Assembly: GCA_910579185.1 (NCBI GenBank) | Contig: CAJTTG010000007.1 | Location: forward strand, 6,979 to 70,978 | Direction of reading: 5' to 3' | DNA from: an uncultured Muribaculaceae bacterium | Lineage (GTDB): Bacteria > Bacteroidota > Bacteroidia > Bacteroidales > Muribaculaceae | Length of the DNA stretch: 64,000 bases | Shown: piece by piece, positions 1 through 9,358 of the stretch | Layout: each line of letters begins with the position of its first letter | Numbering within the stretch: position 1 is the stretch's first letter | Made by a program: the position numbers and the translations under genes | The notes under the pieces: generated by a model | Databases searched by the model: none | What the model was told of the DNA's origin: nothing | What the model saw: only the letters and a program-made list of their open reading frames with translations

Positions 1-6
1 CATTGT

Positions 7-3000
7 TCAGCGTTTCTTTTTTGATGAAGGGATTGTGGCGTTGCTGTCGGGTTTCGCCGGATTGCCGACAGGCTTTGACGATCCGTCGGCCGGGGCGTTT
101 TCGGGGTCAATGTAGCCTTCGGGCGCCTCAATCAGCCCCTCGCGGATGAATGCGGCGGAGTCGGCGGCCGACAGGGTGTCGAGGTCGTCGTCGCCGGCAG
201 CCGATGAGTGGGCTGCACGTTGCATCTTCAGTCCCGTGGTCCCGGCCTTACGCACACCGCGGCGGAAAGTGCGTCGGATCTCCGACAGCAGGTTGACGCG
301 GATAGAATCGGTCAGCAACCGCTGTGAGGCCACTGATTTCTCGTTCAGACGGGCTTTGCCGAGGCGAATCTTCATGTCGTCGGGGGTGCCCTTTATGTTG
401 ATTCCGAACTTGAATGGCAGCGGCGATTTCAAAACGGCCACGTGGTAGTCGAGGTTGAGGTTCATGTCGTTGTTTCCTACAATGCCGAGGCGGTAGCGGT
501 CCATGTCGAACACCACCGGATAGAGATCGAGCCAGCCGTTGTGGATCATTACTTCAACGTCCATGTGGTCGATCATGTTTCGTTGTTTGTTTTTGAAGAG
601 CATCCATTTGGCCACGGTGCGGAACGTTTCGGAGTCGAGCAGCACAAGGCTGTCGCCCGAGAGCTGCAGAGCCATGTCGAGTGTTTCGAAGCGGATGTTC
701 ATCAGCGAGTCCAGATCGGTTGTCAGCGCAAGTTTTGCATCCACTATGCCCTCCACGGAGTTGAGCATAGGCATAATGGAATCGATCTCCGGCATCATGC
801 CGAGAACCTTGTGGAGATTGAGCTTGGCTATGTTCATGCCGGCGGCGAAAGAGATGTCGTGGCGTGTGGGTGCGGAGTAGAGGGCTGTCAGCTGCATGGA
901 GCCCATGTCGGTGAATGCCTGCAGCCGGTCGAGCGACAAGGCCCCGTCGTAGATGTTGACATCGCCGTCGAAGTTGTCGAGCCACATGTCACCGTAGTGG
1001 ATATGACGGGCTTTCATGCGCAGTTCGGCATTGATGTTTGACGGGATCACCACGGCAGCCACTTCGGTGTCATCGGCGGTTTCCGGCAGGTCGATGTTGT
1101 CGTTGTCGTCATCGTCGGTTGCCATGCCTTCGGGAGTCAGGCCTTCGGAATAGGCTGCGCCACGGATCAGGGTGGCGGTCAGATCATTGATGTCAATGGT
1201 GTCGGACTCCACATCAAAGCGAATGTCGATGGGCGAACCAACGCGTGATGTCAGCGCTCGGGATATGTTGTGGATCGAGCCATTGATTGTGAAGTCGCTT
1301 TTGCCGGTCTCCAGACGGGTGTCGCGCAGGATCACGGAGTCGGTGGAGAACGACATGTCGAGATGTGTCAGCGAGGTGCGTGCCGGATACAGCGGTGTGT
1401 AGCATCGTGCGCGGTCGGCCGACAGCGTTCCCGACAGTTGCCACAGGCGCAGCCATGATGCCAGTGAGTTGTCAACGCCGAAGTCAATGTTCTCTCGCTC
1501 GTCCATGCCGGCATTGTGCGAACGGGTTCTCCGGAGCGATTTCCGAGCCAGAGTAGTCAGCGAATCGGTCGACAGTTCCGGATGTATGGCGGCCAGGGAG
1601 TCGATCCGAGCCTGCAATCGCGGCGAGACTTGATGGCGTGTGCGCGGATTCAGTCGCAGAGTGGCCCGGGCATTGCTCACGCTGGCACGCATCAGCGAAT
1701 CGCGCAGCGACATTCGCCGGGCCTGTACCAGAAGATCGAGTTGCGGACTGCGTGCATCGCTGTTGTAGCGGCGGAGCGATCCTCCGACCACGGCCTCGCG
1801 CAGGCGGATTCGCGTGTTGGCGCTGTCGGCATTGAGGGTGATCAGTCCGGCACGTATTGAACCTCCGATGGGGTTGATCTGAGTGGTGTCGGACGACGAG
1901 CCGACGTTCTTGGATCCTACGTTGGCCGAAAGGCCGCGTCCGGCCAACTGCAGACCGGGCATACGGAACGATATTGTGTCGATGTTGAGCGATGCCGTCA
2001 GCATAGAGTCCACCAGATTGTCGCCATACTGACGACGGGAATTGGTGCCGAGATTGAAAGTGGCCGAGTGGATATAGGTGTCGGCGGTGCCGTCGTTCAT
2101 GGCTGCACTGAAATCGGTCAGGCTCAGCTCGCCGTCGATCTTCACGCGGTGGAACTGCTTGGGGGTCAGCTGGCTCATGCGCAGACGGAAATCGGCGTCA
2201 CCGCGCAGCAAACCGTGGATCGTGGCCGGAAGCTTCTGAAGCAGTTGCGCCGGCAAGCGGTCGAACGACAGTCCGCCGCTGAAATTGCCCTCCACATAAG
2301 GGTCGGAGATTGGCTGGCTTATCCTTGCGCTCACTTTGAATCCCATGGCTTTTCCTATCACCTTGAGTTGCTCTATGTCGATGGTTGAGCGGTCGGGATC
2401 ATCGGGGTCGATCATCGCCGAGGCCGACATGTCGATATCCGTCAGGTGCATCTGGCCGAAGTTGAGCCGCGATGCCTTGGCCTCGATATCTGTCTGCACG
2501 CGAGGCAGTCCCGACGAGGATGCCGGACGATAGGGCTCGAGCATCCGCAACGCGAGGTCGATGGTCAGGTCGGTGTCGATTTTGCTCAGAGGCCCGGTCA
2601 TTTTCTCCGGCAGCAAGTCTAACAGCCGCGCCACTTCGACTTGTGGCAGACGTATGTCGAAGTGGTCCACGAGCAAGTCGTCCGACATGTTGATCTTCGC
2701 ATTGAATTCGGCGCGGAAGCCAAGCAAGGCCAGCGTGAAACCGGATAGCTCGATCTGGCGCGGATCATTGATGTCGAGAGTCAGTTTGCCGTTGATGCTG
2801 AACGGCACTTTGGGTATGTTCAGGCTGGAGATCCTGGCTCCGGTGTTGCCGGACAGGGCTATGTCGTAGAGCGGCGATGTCTCGTTGGAAAGCTCCGTGC
2901 GGTCCAATGTCAGGGTGAAGTCGATGGAGTCGGCCGGGGCGCGGTAGCGCACGGGCATCGATCCATTAAGCGCAAACCGGTTGAAGGATATCTTCATTGC

Positions 3001-3543
3001 CGAGGGCTCGGACGATTCCTCCGATGGGGGCACGATGTTGAAATTGTTGATCGAGTCGTTGGCCACCACCAGATTCACACGCGGATTGGTCAGCTCGATA
3101 TCGTAGAGCTCAACGTCGCCTGTCAGTATTTTCATGACGTGGATCCCACCCGAGAAGCGTTCGAGGCTCAGAAGGGAGTCGGCATCGGCCGGTAGCTTGT
3201 CGCGCTCCATTTCCGGGAGGCCGTCAAGACTGCGGCTCACGATGTCAAGGCTGTCGACAGCAATGTCGAAACGTGGGAATGTGGACCAGAAAGTAAGCTC
3301 CACACGGGAGGCTCTGACCTCGGCGTTGAGATATTCGCTGGCATATCGGTTGACAAGCGGTGTCAGGCGTTCCGGCGTGAGATACCACAAGCCTATTGTG
3401 ACAACTGCGGCCAGCAGTACCATGACAATGATCACGCTCAGGCAGATCCATCGGATCAGTCTGCGCCACAGCGGCTTTTTAGGCCGGGTAGGGGTGGACG
3501 GGGTCTGCTTGTCGGTTGGGTCTGTAAGGTTCGGATCGGTCAT
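7..3543 (-). CDS. AsmA-like envelope protein (N-terminal membrane anchor, AsmA-type C-terminal region)
   Basis: 1178 aa. One N-terminal TM after a basic stretch, a long beta-rich body, and a C-terminal 'YPVVFDMDRYRLGIVG...LDYHVAVLKSPLPFKFGINIKG' segment typical of Bacteroidales AsmA-family proteins. Confidence 0.75.
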   Translation of the reverse strand: MTDPNLTDPTDKQTPSTPTRPKKPLWRRLIRWICLSVIIVMVLLAAVVTIGLWYLTPERLTPLVNRYASEYLNAEVRASRVELTFWSTFPRFDIAVDSLDIVSRSLDGLPEMERDKLPADADSLLSLERFSGGIHVMKILTGDVELYDIELTNPRVNLVVANDSINNFNIVPPSEESSEPSAMKISFNRFALNGSMPVRYRAPADSIDFTLTLDRTELSNETSPLYDIALSGNTGARISSLNIPKVPFSINGKLTLDINDPRQIELSGFTLALLGFRAEFNAKINMSDDLLVDHFDIRLPQVEVARLLDLLPEKMTGPLSKIDTDLTIDLALRMLEPYRPASSSGLPRVQTDIEAKASRLNFGQMHLTDIDMSASAMIDPDDPDRSTIDIEQLKVIGKAMGFKVSARISQPISDPYVEGNFSGGLSFDRLPAQLLQKLPATIHGLLRGDADFRLRMSQLTPKQFHRVKIDGELSLTDFSAAMNDGTADTYIHSATFNLGTNSRRQYGDNLVDSMLTASLNIDTISFRMPGLQLAGRGLSANVGSKNVGSSSDTTQINPIGGSIRAGLITLNADSANTRIRLREAVVGGSLRRYNSDARSPQLDLLVQARRMSLRDSLMRASVSNARATLRLNPRTRHQVSPRLQARIDSLAAIHPELSTDSLTTLARKSLRRTRSHNAGMDERENIDFGVDNSLASWLRLWQLSGTLSADRARCYTPLYPARTSLTHLDMSFSTDSVILRDTRLETGKSDFTINGSIHNISRALTSRVGSPIDIRFDVESDTIDINDLTATLIRGAAYSEGLTPEGMATDDDDNDNIDLPETADDTEVAAVVIPSNINAELRMKARHIHYGDMWLDNFDGDVNIYDGALSLDRLQAFTDMGSMQLTALYSAPTRHDISFAAGMNIAKLNLHKVLGMMPEIDSIMPMLNSVEGIVDAKLALTTDLDSLMNIRFETLDMALQLSGDSLVLLDSETFRTVAKWMLFKNKQRNMIDHMDVEVMIHNGWLDLYPVVFDMDRYRLGIVGNNDMNLNLDYHVAVLKSPLPFKFGINIKGTPDDMKIRLGKARLNEKSVASQRLLTDSIRVNLLSEIRRTFRRGVRKAGTTGLKMQRAAHSSAAGDDDLDTLSAADSAAFIREGLIEAPEGYIDPENAPADGSSKPVGNPAKPDSNATIPSSKKKR

Positions 3544-3545
3544 GG

Positions 3546-4289
3546 CTATTTGTTTTGGTCACGGACAGTGATGTGGAAACACGGTTGCTTGATCTCATAC
3601 TTGATCCAGCATTTGCCCTCGTCGCGCATAGCCAGCAGAACCTCGGCAAGAACGCCTTTGAGGTCGGCCATGGCACGGGGTTTGCGGTCGCTGAAACATG
3701 CAAACCGCGAATAGGAGATGTCGAACGTCGTGGCAAGCTGATGGACGGACGAATCGACCGCATTGCGGTTGCGACGTTTCAACCGCGCCACAGATTCAGG
3801 CGTGCGCAGTACGCTCGTCACCTTTATGCGGTAATCGCCGCCCCCACGGGCCGCTATCGAGTCGTTGAAGCGACGTCCTATCTCGTGGAGCATCGCGGCT
3901 GCCTGTGGGATCAGGTAGGGACGTGAATAAGTCAGCGGCTCAACGTAGAAGTCCTTGCAGGAGGCAATCTTCTCAAGCGGTACGTTCAGATTCCAGTGGG
4001 AACGGGTGTCGGTGAGCGGTGACAGACCGATGCGCTCGGCCTCCTTCCAATGGATGTAGTTGCTGTCGTTGAAAACTTTGGCGTAGTTACCCATGCGCTT
4101 GAACGGCATCGGTATCGTGGGTTCGGGCAGTTCGGCCAGCGGATTGTCATAGAGGCTGACGCTGTCCGTGTCGAGGTCGAAATCCCCGATGTCCATCGGC
4201 TCTGCATTGTCGCCGTGGCTTGCTCCACCGGAGCAGGAGATGGCCGACAGAAGGGCTATGGATAGGGTTATTGGCAGCAGCTGTTTCAT
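3546..4289 (-). CDS. DUF5715-like lipoprotein, probable M15/LAS-type zinc peptidase fold
   Basis: Lipobox AISC. Motifs 'TSVLRT', 'SSVHQLATTFDISY' (H-x6-D) and 'CFHITV'. Confidence 0.65.
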   Translation of the reverse strand: MKQLLPITLSIALLSAISCSGGASHGDNAEPMDIGDFDLDTDSVSLYDNPLAELPEPTIPMPFKRMGNYAKVFNDSNYIHWKEAERIGLSPLTDTRSHWNLNVPLEKIASCKDFYVEPLTYSRPYLIPQAAAMLHEIGRRFNDSIAARGGGDYRIKVTSVLRTPESVARLKRRNRNAVDSSVHQLATTFDISYSRFACFSDRKPRAMADLKGVLAEVLLAMRDEGKCWIKYEIKQPCFHITVRDQNK

Positions 4290-4428
4290 TTTGGTGATGG
4301 AAGGTGTCTCTGCGGTGGATTGTCGCTAATAAGATGTAAAATTACAAATTCCCGATGGTTTCTGCAACTCTTTTTTGAACAGCCACCCTCTATGGGCCGA
4401 AATGCTTGTATTTTTGCGTCGGAAATGG

Positions 4429-4436
4429 TAACTTTG
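4429..4436 (+). promoter_or_regulatory. Bacteroidetes -7 promoter element TAACTTTG
   Basis: Matches TAnnTTTG, about 30 nt upstream of the methyltransferase ATG. Confidence 0.6.
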
Positions 4437-4464
4437 CGCCATAATAAACGCGATATTTGATTTT

Positions 4465-5973
4465 ATGAGTATGCAAGAGTTTGAAATGGTAGCCAAGACC
4501 TTTCAGGGACTGGAAGATGTGTTGGCCGAAGAGCTTCGCTCGATAGGAGCGAAAAATGTGGAGCCGGGACGCCGCATGGTGTCATTCCAGGGAGATCTGG
4601 CGATTCTTTACCGCGCCAATATGTGTTGCCGCACAGCTTTGCGTATTCTGAAACCTATCTATAAGTTCACCGCTGCCGATCCCGATGAGCTCTATTCCCT
4701 GATCAAGGAATATGACTGGAGCTCAGTTCTGTCGCTTGACAAGACATTCGCCATCGACACCGTGTCCAATTCCGAGGAATTCACCCACTCACGCTATGTG
4801 ACCTACAGGGTCAAAGATGGTATCGTTGACTATTTCCGCGACAAATTCGGTCCCGAAAGCCGTCCGCGTGTGCGCCTGCAGGATGCCGATGTGATGATCA
4901 ACGTGCACATAGCCGGTGAACGCGTCACCGTTTCGCTCGATTCTTCCGGCGAATCCCTCCACAAACGTGGCTATCGTGTGGCCCAGACAGAAGCACCGAT
5001 CAATGAGGTGCTCGCCGCCGGTATAATCCTGAAGAGCGGATGGAGAGGCGACTGTCCCCTGGTCGATCCCATGTGTGGCAGCGGCACATTCCTGATTGAG
5101 GCCGCTTTGATCGCTGCCGGAATCAATCCCGGCATCTATCGCCGCCGTTTCGCATTCGAGGCATGGCCCGACTTCGACGCTGATCTGTTCGATTCCATAT
5201 ACAATGACGACTCAGCCGAACGTACCGTCCAGCATCCTATAATCGGAGCCGACATATCGCCGAAAGCTATCGCCATAGCTACCGAAAACGCCAAGAGCGC
5301 CGGTGTGGCAAAATACATAGATCTGCAGGTGAAGCCGCTGTCGCAGTGGACTGACGCTCCTGCCGACGGTGTGATGATCACTAACCCTCCCTATGGCGAG
5401 CGTATCAGTGCCGACGATATGGATGGCCTGTATGCCATGATCGGAGCCAAGCTCAAGCACGTGTTCCGTGGCTATCATGCATGGATCATTGGCTATCGTG
5501 AGGAATATTTCCGCAAGATAGGGCTCAGCCCTTCTGTGAAACTGCCGCTATACAACGGTGCGCTGGAATGCGAGCTGCGCGAATACATAATCTTCGACGG
5601 CGATTACAAGTCGTTCCGTGCGCAGGGTGGATCGATCCGGACGGAACATAAGGATAAGGACGACCGCAAGAAACCGCGCCGTATGGCCGACTCCGAATGG
5701 CGTGCCGAAGCCCGTCGCGAGGGTTTTGGTGGCAAGAAAGCCGCCTCGCCGCGCAACCGCACCATCTTCTCAGACCGCCGCAAGCCTTTCGCTCCCGACG
5801 CTCCCAAGTCCGAAGCTGACAACAGCGAGAATCCCCTTGCACGCCGTCGCAACGAGCATGCCCTGAAGATGCTTGTGGGGAAAAAACCGGCTTTGCCGCG
5901 CAAGGACGATCCTATGATACGTCCGCGTCGCGGTTGGAAACGCCCGGGTGCTGCCCAAGAGGATCAGGAATGA
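4465..5973 (+). CDS. THUMP-domain class I SAM-dependent rRNA methyltransferase (RlmL-like)
   Basis: 'SLDSSGESLHKRGYR', 'DPMCGSGT' and 'TNPPYGER' motifs, plus a basic low-complexity C-terminal tail. Confidence 0.9.
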   Translation: MSMQEFEMVAKTFQGLEDVLAEELRSIGAKNVEPGRRMVSFQGDLAILYRANMCCRTALRILKPIYKFTAADPDELYSLIKEYDWSSVLSLDKTFAIDTVSNSEEFTHSRYVTYRVKDGIVDYFRDKFGPESRPRVRLQDADVMINVHIAGERVTVSLDSSGESLHKRGYRVAQTEAPINEVLAAGIILKSGWRGDCPLVDPMCGSGTFLIEAALIAAGINPGIYRRRFAFEAWPDFDADLFDSIYNDDSAERTVQHPIIGADISPKAIAIATENAKSAGVAKYIDLQVKPLSQWTDAPADGVMITNPPYGERISADDMDGLYAMIGAKLKHVFRGYHAWIIGYREEYFRKIGLSPSVKLPLYNGALECELREYIIFDGDYKSFRAQGGSIRTEHKDKDDRKKPRRMADSEWRAEARREGFGGKKAASPRNRTIFSDRRKPFAPDAPKSEADNSENPLARRRNEHALKMLVGKKPALPRKDDPMIRPRRGWKRPGAAQEDQE

Positions 5974-5981
5974 AATAATGA

Positions 5982-7184
5982 TCAACGGTAAATTTCGGAG
6001 ATCAATCTCTGATAATACTTCTCCGGGGAGAACTCAATGAGGGCTCCCCGTTGTATTTCCGCGCGGTCGTAATCCGTGGCCCACGCTTTGTTGATCGCTT
6101 TGGCCAGATCTGCGGCGTCGCCGCTGCGGAATGTCATTCCACGGCTTTGATTGATCAATTCCGGAATGCCGCCGATGGAAGCGCCCACTACGGGGGTGCC
6201 GGCGCAGAATGATTCGATCACCCCGAGCGGATTGTTTTCATAACATTCTGATGGCATCACGGAAAAACGTGCGCCATATAGCAGCGTTTTGACATCCTCG
6301 GAGGATAGCATGCCGAGAAATTCGATATTGCTGCAAGCACCGAACTTGCGGCGCAGCTCATCGCCCAGAGGACCGTCGCCGGCCACCTTGAACTTGTATG
6401 GCAGCTCCGAAGCGGCCTTCAGAAGAGTGGCGATGCCCTTTTCTTCCGACAGGCGCCCCACGTAGCAATAGTAGTCGCGCTCTTGTGGCGTCGTGTTGTC
6501 GATCTTGCGATAGCGTTCGGCCATCTCCGGTGCTATGAAGTTGCACAGGGTCTTCAGCCTATTCTTGTTGAAGCCGCCGGAAGCCATCTTCTCGGCCATG
6601 AAGCCGCTTGGGCAGACAAATGCGTCGGTCACGCTCTCCAGCTTGCGTCGGTTCCAGTGTCGGGCCTCGATAAATGCTATTACGCTTGCCGCCATTGAGC
6701 CTTTCATGCATTTTGTCCGCACTACAGGCCATTTCGAATGGAAGCACAATTCGCATGGTTGTCCCTCGCGCAGACATGAATAGGCCGGACAGAGAAGCTT
6801 GTAGTCATGGAGTGTCCAGACCACTTTTGCTCCGGCCTGACGAGCCATGCGCCCCACAACCGGAGAGATATAGGAATGGATGTTGTTGAGATGTACGATG
6901 TCGGGTTTGAAATCTTTCAGTATTCTGTCGAAACACGTTTTCACGTCGCCCGTTCCGAGAGTGCGTTTCAGAGCCGCCAGCTTTTGTCCGGCACCTCCGC
7001 TGAAGCTGATTTCGGATGGCCAGTAGGCGGACCATTCGCTGCCGTTGTTCTCAGGATAGTCCATGGCGAAGACAGCCACCTCGTGTCCCTGTTGCCGGAG
7101 CATCTGCTCAAGATTCAACGCATATATGCAGTCACCGCCGCGACGGTAGTAAAATTTCGTAACTATCAGTACTCTTTCTTTCAT
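5982..7184 (-). CDS. Glycosyltransferase family 4
   Basis: 'TLHDYKLLCP', 'YVGRLSEEKG' and 'ENNPLGVIES' motifs. Start set at MKERVL (7184) because the longer ORF runs through the riboswitch and a TAAATTTG promoter lies just upstream of 7184. Confidence 0.9.
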   Translation of the reverse strand: MKERVLIVTKFYYRRGGDCIYALNLEQMLRQQGHEVAVFAMDYPENNGSEWSAYWPSEISFSGGAGQKLAALKRTLGTGDVKTCFDRILKDFKPDIVHLNNIHSYISPVVGRMARQAGAKVVWTLHDYKLLCPAYSCLREGQPCELCFHSKWPVVRTKCMKGSMAASVIAFIEARHWNRRKLESVTDAFVCPSGFMAEKMASGGFNKNRLKTLCNFIAPEMAERYRKIDNTTPQERDYYCYVGRLSEEKGIATLLKAASELPYKFKVAGDGPLGDELRRKFGACSNIEFLGMLSSEDVKTLLYGARFSVMPSECYENNPLGVIESFCAGTPVVGASIGGIPELINQSRGMTFRSGDAADLAKAINKAWATDYDRAEIQRGALIEFSPEKYYQRLISEIYR

Positions 7185-7265
7185 GGTGGCAAATTTAAAA
7201 CAATTTCTTTTTGTTAGCAAAAATTTGTTAAGATTGCTTTTCTTTCGTATTTTTGCATCGCAATT

Positions 7266-7441
7266 GGTGACCGGATTCCCGGTCTGAAAAGGGAACGCAG
7301 TGTGAATCTGCGGCAATACCCGTTGCTGTAAGTCCATTATTATCCGCGCCTATAGGCGGTGGATGGAGCTTGCTGAAAAGCCACTGGTGCCATAATGCGC
7401 CGGGAAGGCGGCAATCCTCCGGACGAGCCAGAAGACCTGCC
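7266..7441 (+). promoter_or_regulatory. Cobalamin (B12) riboswitch
   Basis: Conserved elements GGTG...AAAAGGGAA, GCCACTG (7380-7386), GGGAAGGC and B12-box GAGCCAGAAGACCTGCC. Preceded by a TATTTTTG promoter at 7248-7255. Confidence 0.92.
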
Positions 7442-7621
7442 TTTTGCCTTTGTGATTGCCGCCTGCGGGTGTACGGGTGAAAATCAAAACCGGATTTTCA
7501 TCCCATGCTGCCGGACTCCGCAGATGTGATGCCTGTCCGGCTTTGGATTTTCGTTGTTGTGCCGTTGCGCCCCGGGAGGTTGCAGCGGACTTTTATTTTT
7601 TAACCTTTTAATAACAACGAA

Positions 7622-9223
7622 ATGAAACGAACATTCAGAATCCTTGCCGGAGTACTCGTGGCTGCATCGCTGGCCACCGGAACAACCGGATGTTACAATG
7701 ACGACGATCTATGGAACAAGGTCGACGATCTTGATTCGCGCGTGACAGCACTCGAAGAAGCCGTCACAGTGGCCAATACCAATATCTCGGCGCTACAGCA
7801 AATAGTGGATGCATTGCAGAGTAATGTATATGTGACCGACGTGACAACAAACGCCGATGGATACAAGATCACATTCTCAAACGGAACGGAAGCTGTAATC
7901 CGCAACGGCGTTGATGGCGTCAATGCTCCGGCTGTGTCCGTGAAGCAACACTCGGACGGGAACTGGTATTGGACTCTCGACGATGAGTTCCTGACCGTAG
8001 GCGGACAGATGGTTAAGGCTAACGCTGAGGATGGACGCGATGCCATTGCTCCCGAGGTGCGCATCAACGACGCTACTCATCAGTGGGAGATCTCGACCGA
8101 CGGCGGCTCGACCTGGACTTCGACCGGTGTCGTGGCTCAGGGCGTGGACGGCGATTCTATCTTCTCGGGCATCGACAATTCCCACGACGACTATGTTGAG
8201 TTCACTCTCGCCAACGGCAGCGTGATACAGGTGCCTAAGAACCAGCAGATCTCTATATTGATCAATGGGCCGGAAGGTCGCTTCAACTATGGTGATACAA
8301 AGACCTACCAGCTGACCCTCAATGGTATCGACAAACTCACATTCACAAAGCCCGACGGATGGCGAGTGGCTGTCAATGGCTCTGAGATGACAGTGACCGC
8401 CCCCGTTGCCGCCAACACTTATGCCGAGACCTCAGGAACCATTACCCTCATAGGCCTGAAAGGAAACCTCTCCACGATGACGGAGCTGAAGGTCGAAGCT
8501 ATGAACCTTGTGACCCTGACCTTTGAAGGTGCCGAATGGGACGCTCTCTCGATCCATAATTATGCTCCCGGAACCACCTCTACAACATCGCTGATGAACA
8601 GCGGATACATGTGGGTGGACCAGACCACGCAGCTCACAACCGAAGGCCCCGATGGCTTTATGGGAGGATGGGGATATCCTTGGTTCGTAAGCTCCTACAA
8701 TGCCAACTCCCTCGATCAGGATTCCTATGGATACTTCACCTACGACCTCTATGTCTACAACCCCAATATCACAGGCGAGAGCACAACAGGCGGCGGAAAC
8801 AATGGCTCCGACAACTTCCTGACCACTTTCGGCTATCTCGACCTTGTATATCCCTACGGGGACGGACGGCCAATTTTCAAGTTCGCCGACGGTAAAGCTC
8901 GTACGGTCGAAAGCCTGTATGTGACCTCCACATGCTATTTCTACTCCGTTGCCGTTTCCGGAAATCCCCTCAGCCCGGCTCTGTCGGAAGACGTGACCTA
9001 CTATGCCACCGGCTTCGATGCCAAAGGAAACGAAGTTGGCACCGTGACCATGACATTCGCAACCACCGAATATGTCCCCGACCGCTGGATCAAATGGGAC
9101 AACCTCTCTGAACTCGGCCCGATCGTCGAACTGCGTCTTAACCAGGCCGGAGGTGCCGACAATGGCTACGGATACTCATTGCCGGCCTACTATGCCGTCG
9201 ACGACATCACCATATCGTGGTGA
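7622..9223 (+). CDS. Surface lipoprotein, DUF4988/PL29-N-type N-terminus plus DUF4465-like C-terminal domain, probably B12-related
   Basis: Lipobox TTGC, coiled 'LDSRVTALE', 'NWYWTLD' and 'WEISTDGGSTW' segments, C-terminal 'GYSLPAYYAVDDITI'. Lies under a cobalamin riboswitch. Confidence 0.7.
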   Translation: MKRTFRILAGVLVAASLATGTTGCYNDDDLWNKVDDLDSRVTALEEAVTVANTNISALQQIVDALQSNVYVTDVTTNADGYKITFSNGTEAVIRNGVDGVNAPAVSVKQHSDGNWYWTLDDEFLTVGGQMVKANAEDGRDAIAPEVRINDATHQWEISTDGGSTWTSTGVVAQGVDGDSIFSGIDNSHDDYVEFTLANGSVIQVPKNQQISILINGPEGRFNYGDTKTYQLTLNGIDKLTFTKPDGWRVAVNGSEMTVTAPVAANTYAETSGTITLIGLKGNLSTMTELKVEAMNLVTLTFEGAEWDALSIHNYAPGTTSTTSLMNSGYMWVDQTTQLTTEGPDGFMGGWGYPWFVSSYNANSLDQDSYGYFTYDLYVYNPNITGESTTGGGNNGSDNFLTTFGYLDLVYPYGDGRPIFKFADGKARTVESLYVTSTCYFYSVAVSGNPLSPALSEDVTYYATGFDAKGNEVGTVTMTFATTEYVPDRWIKWDNLSELGPIVELRLNQAGGADNGYGYSLPAYYAVDDITISW

Positions 9224-9358
9224 TAAACTCACAGCTTTTTTCTCCGAAATAATTGTGGAATAGAAAATTATAGCTATCTTTGCAGCGCATTTGCCCTCAC
9301 GCGCCCGTGCGTGGGTGGGAAATGCGCTTTAATTAACCTTATTTATTAACTTATTTAA

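Noticed and set aside
7185..7337. N-terminal extension of the glycosyltransferase
   Set aside because: It overlaps the cobalamin riboswitch and the divergent promoters. The ATG at 7184 fits better.
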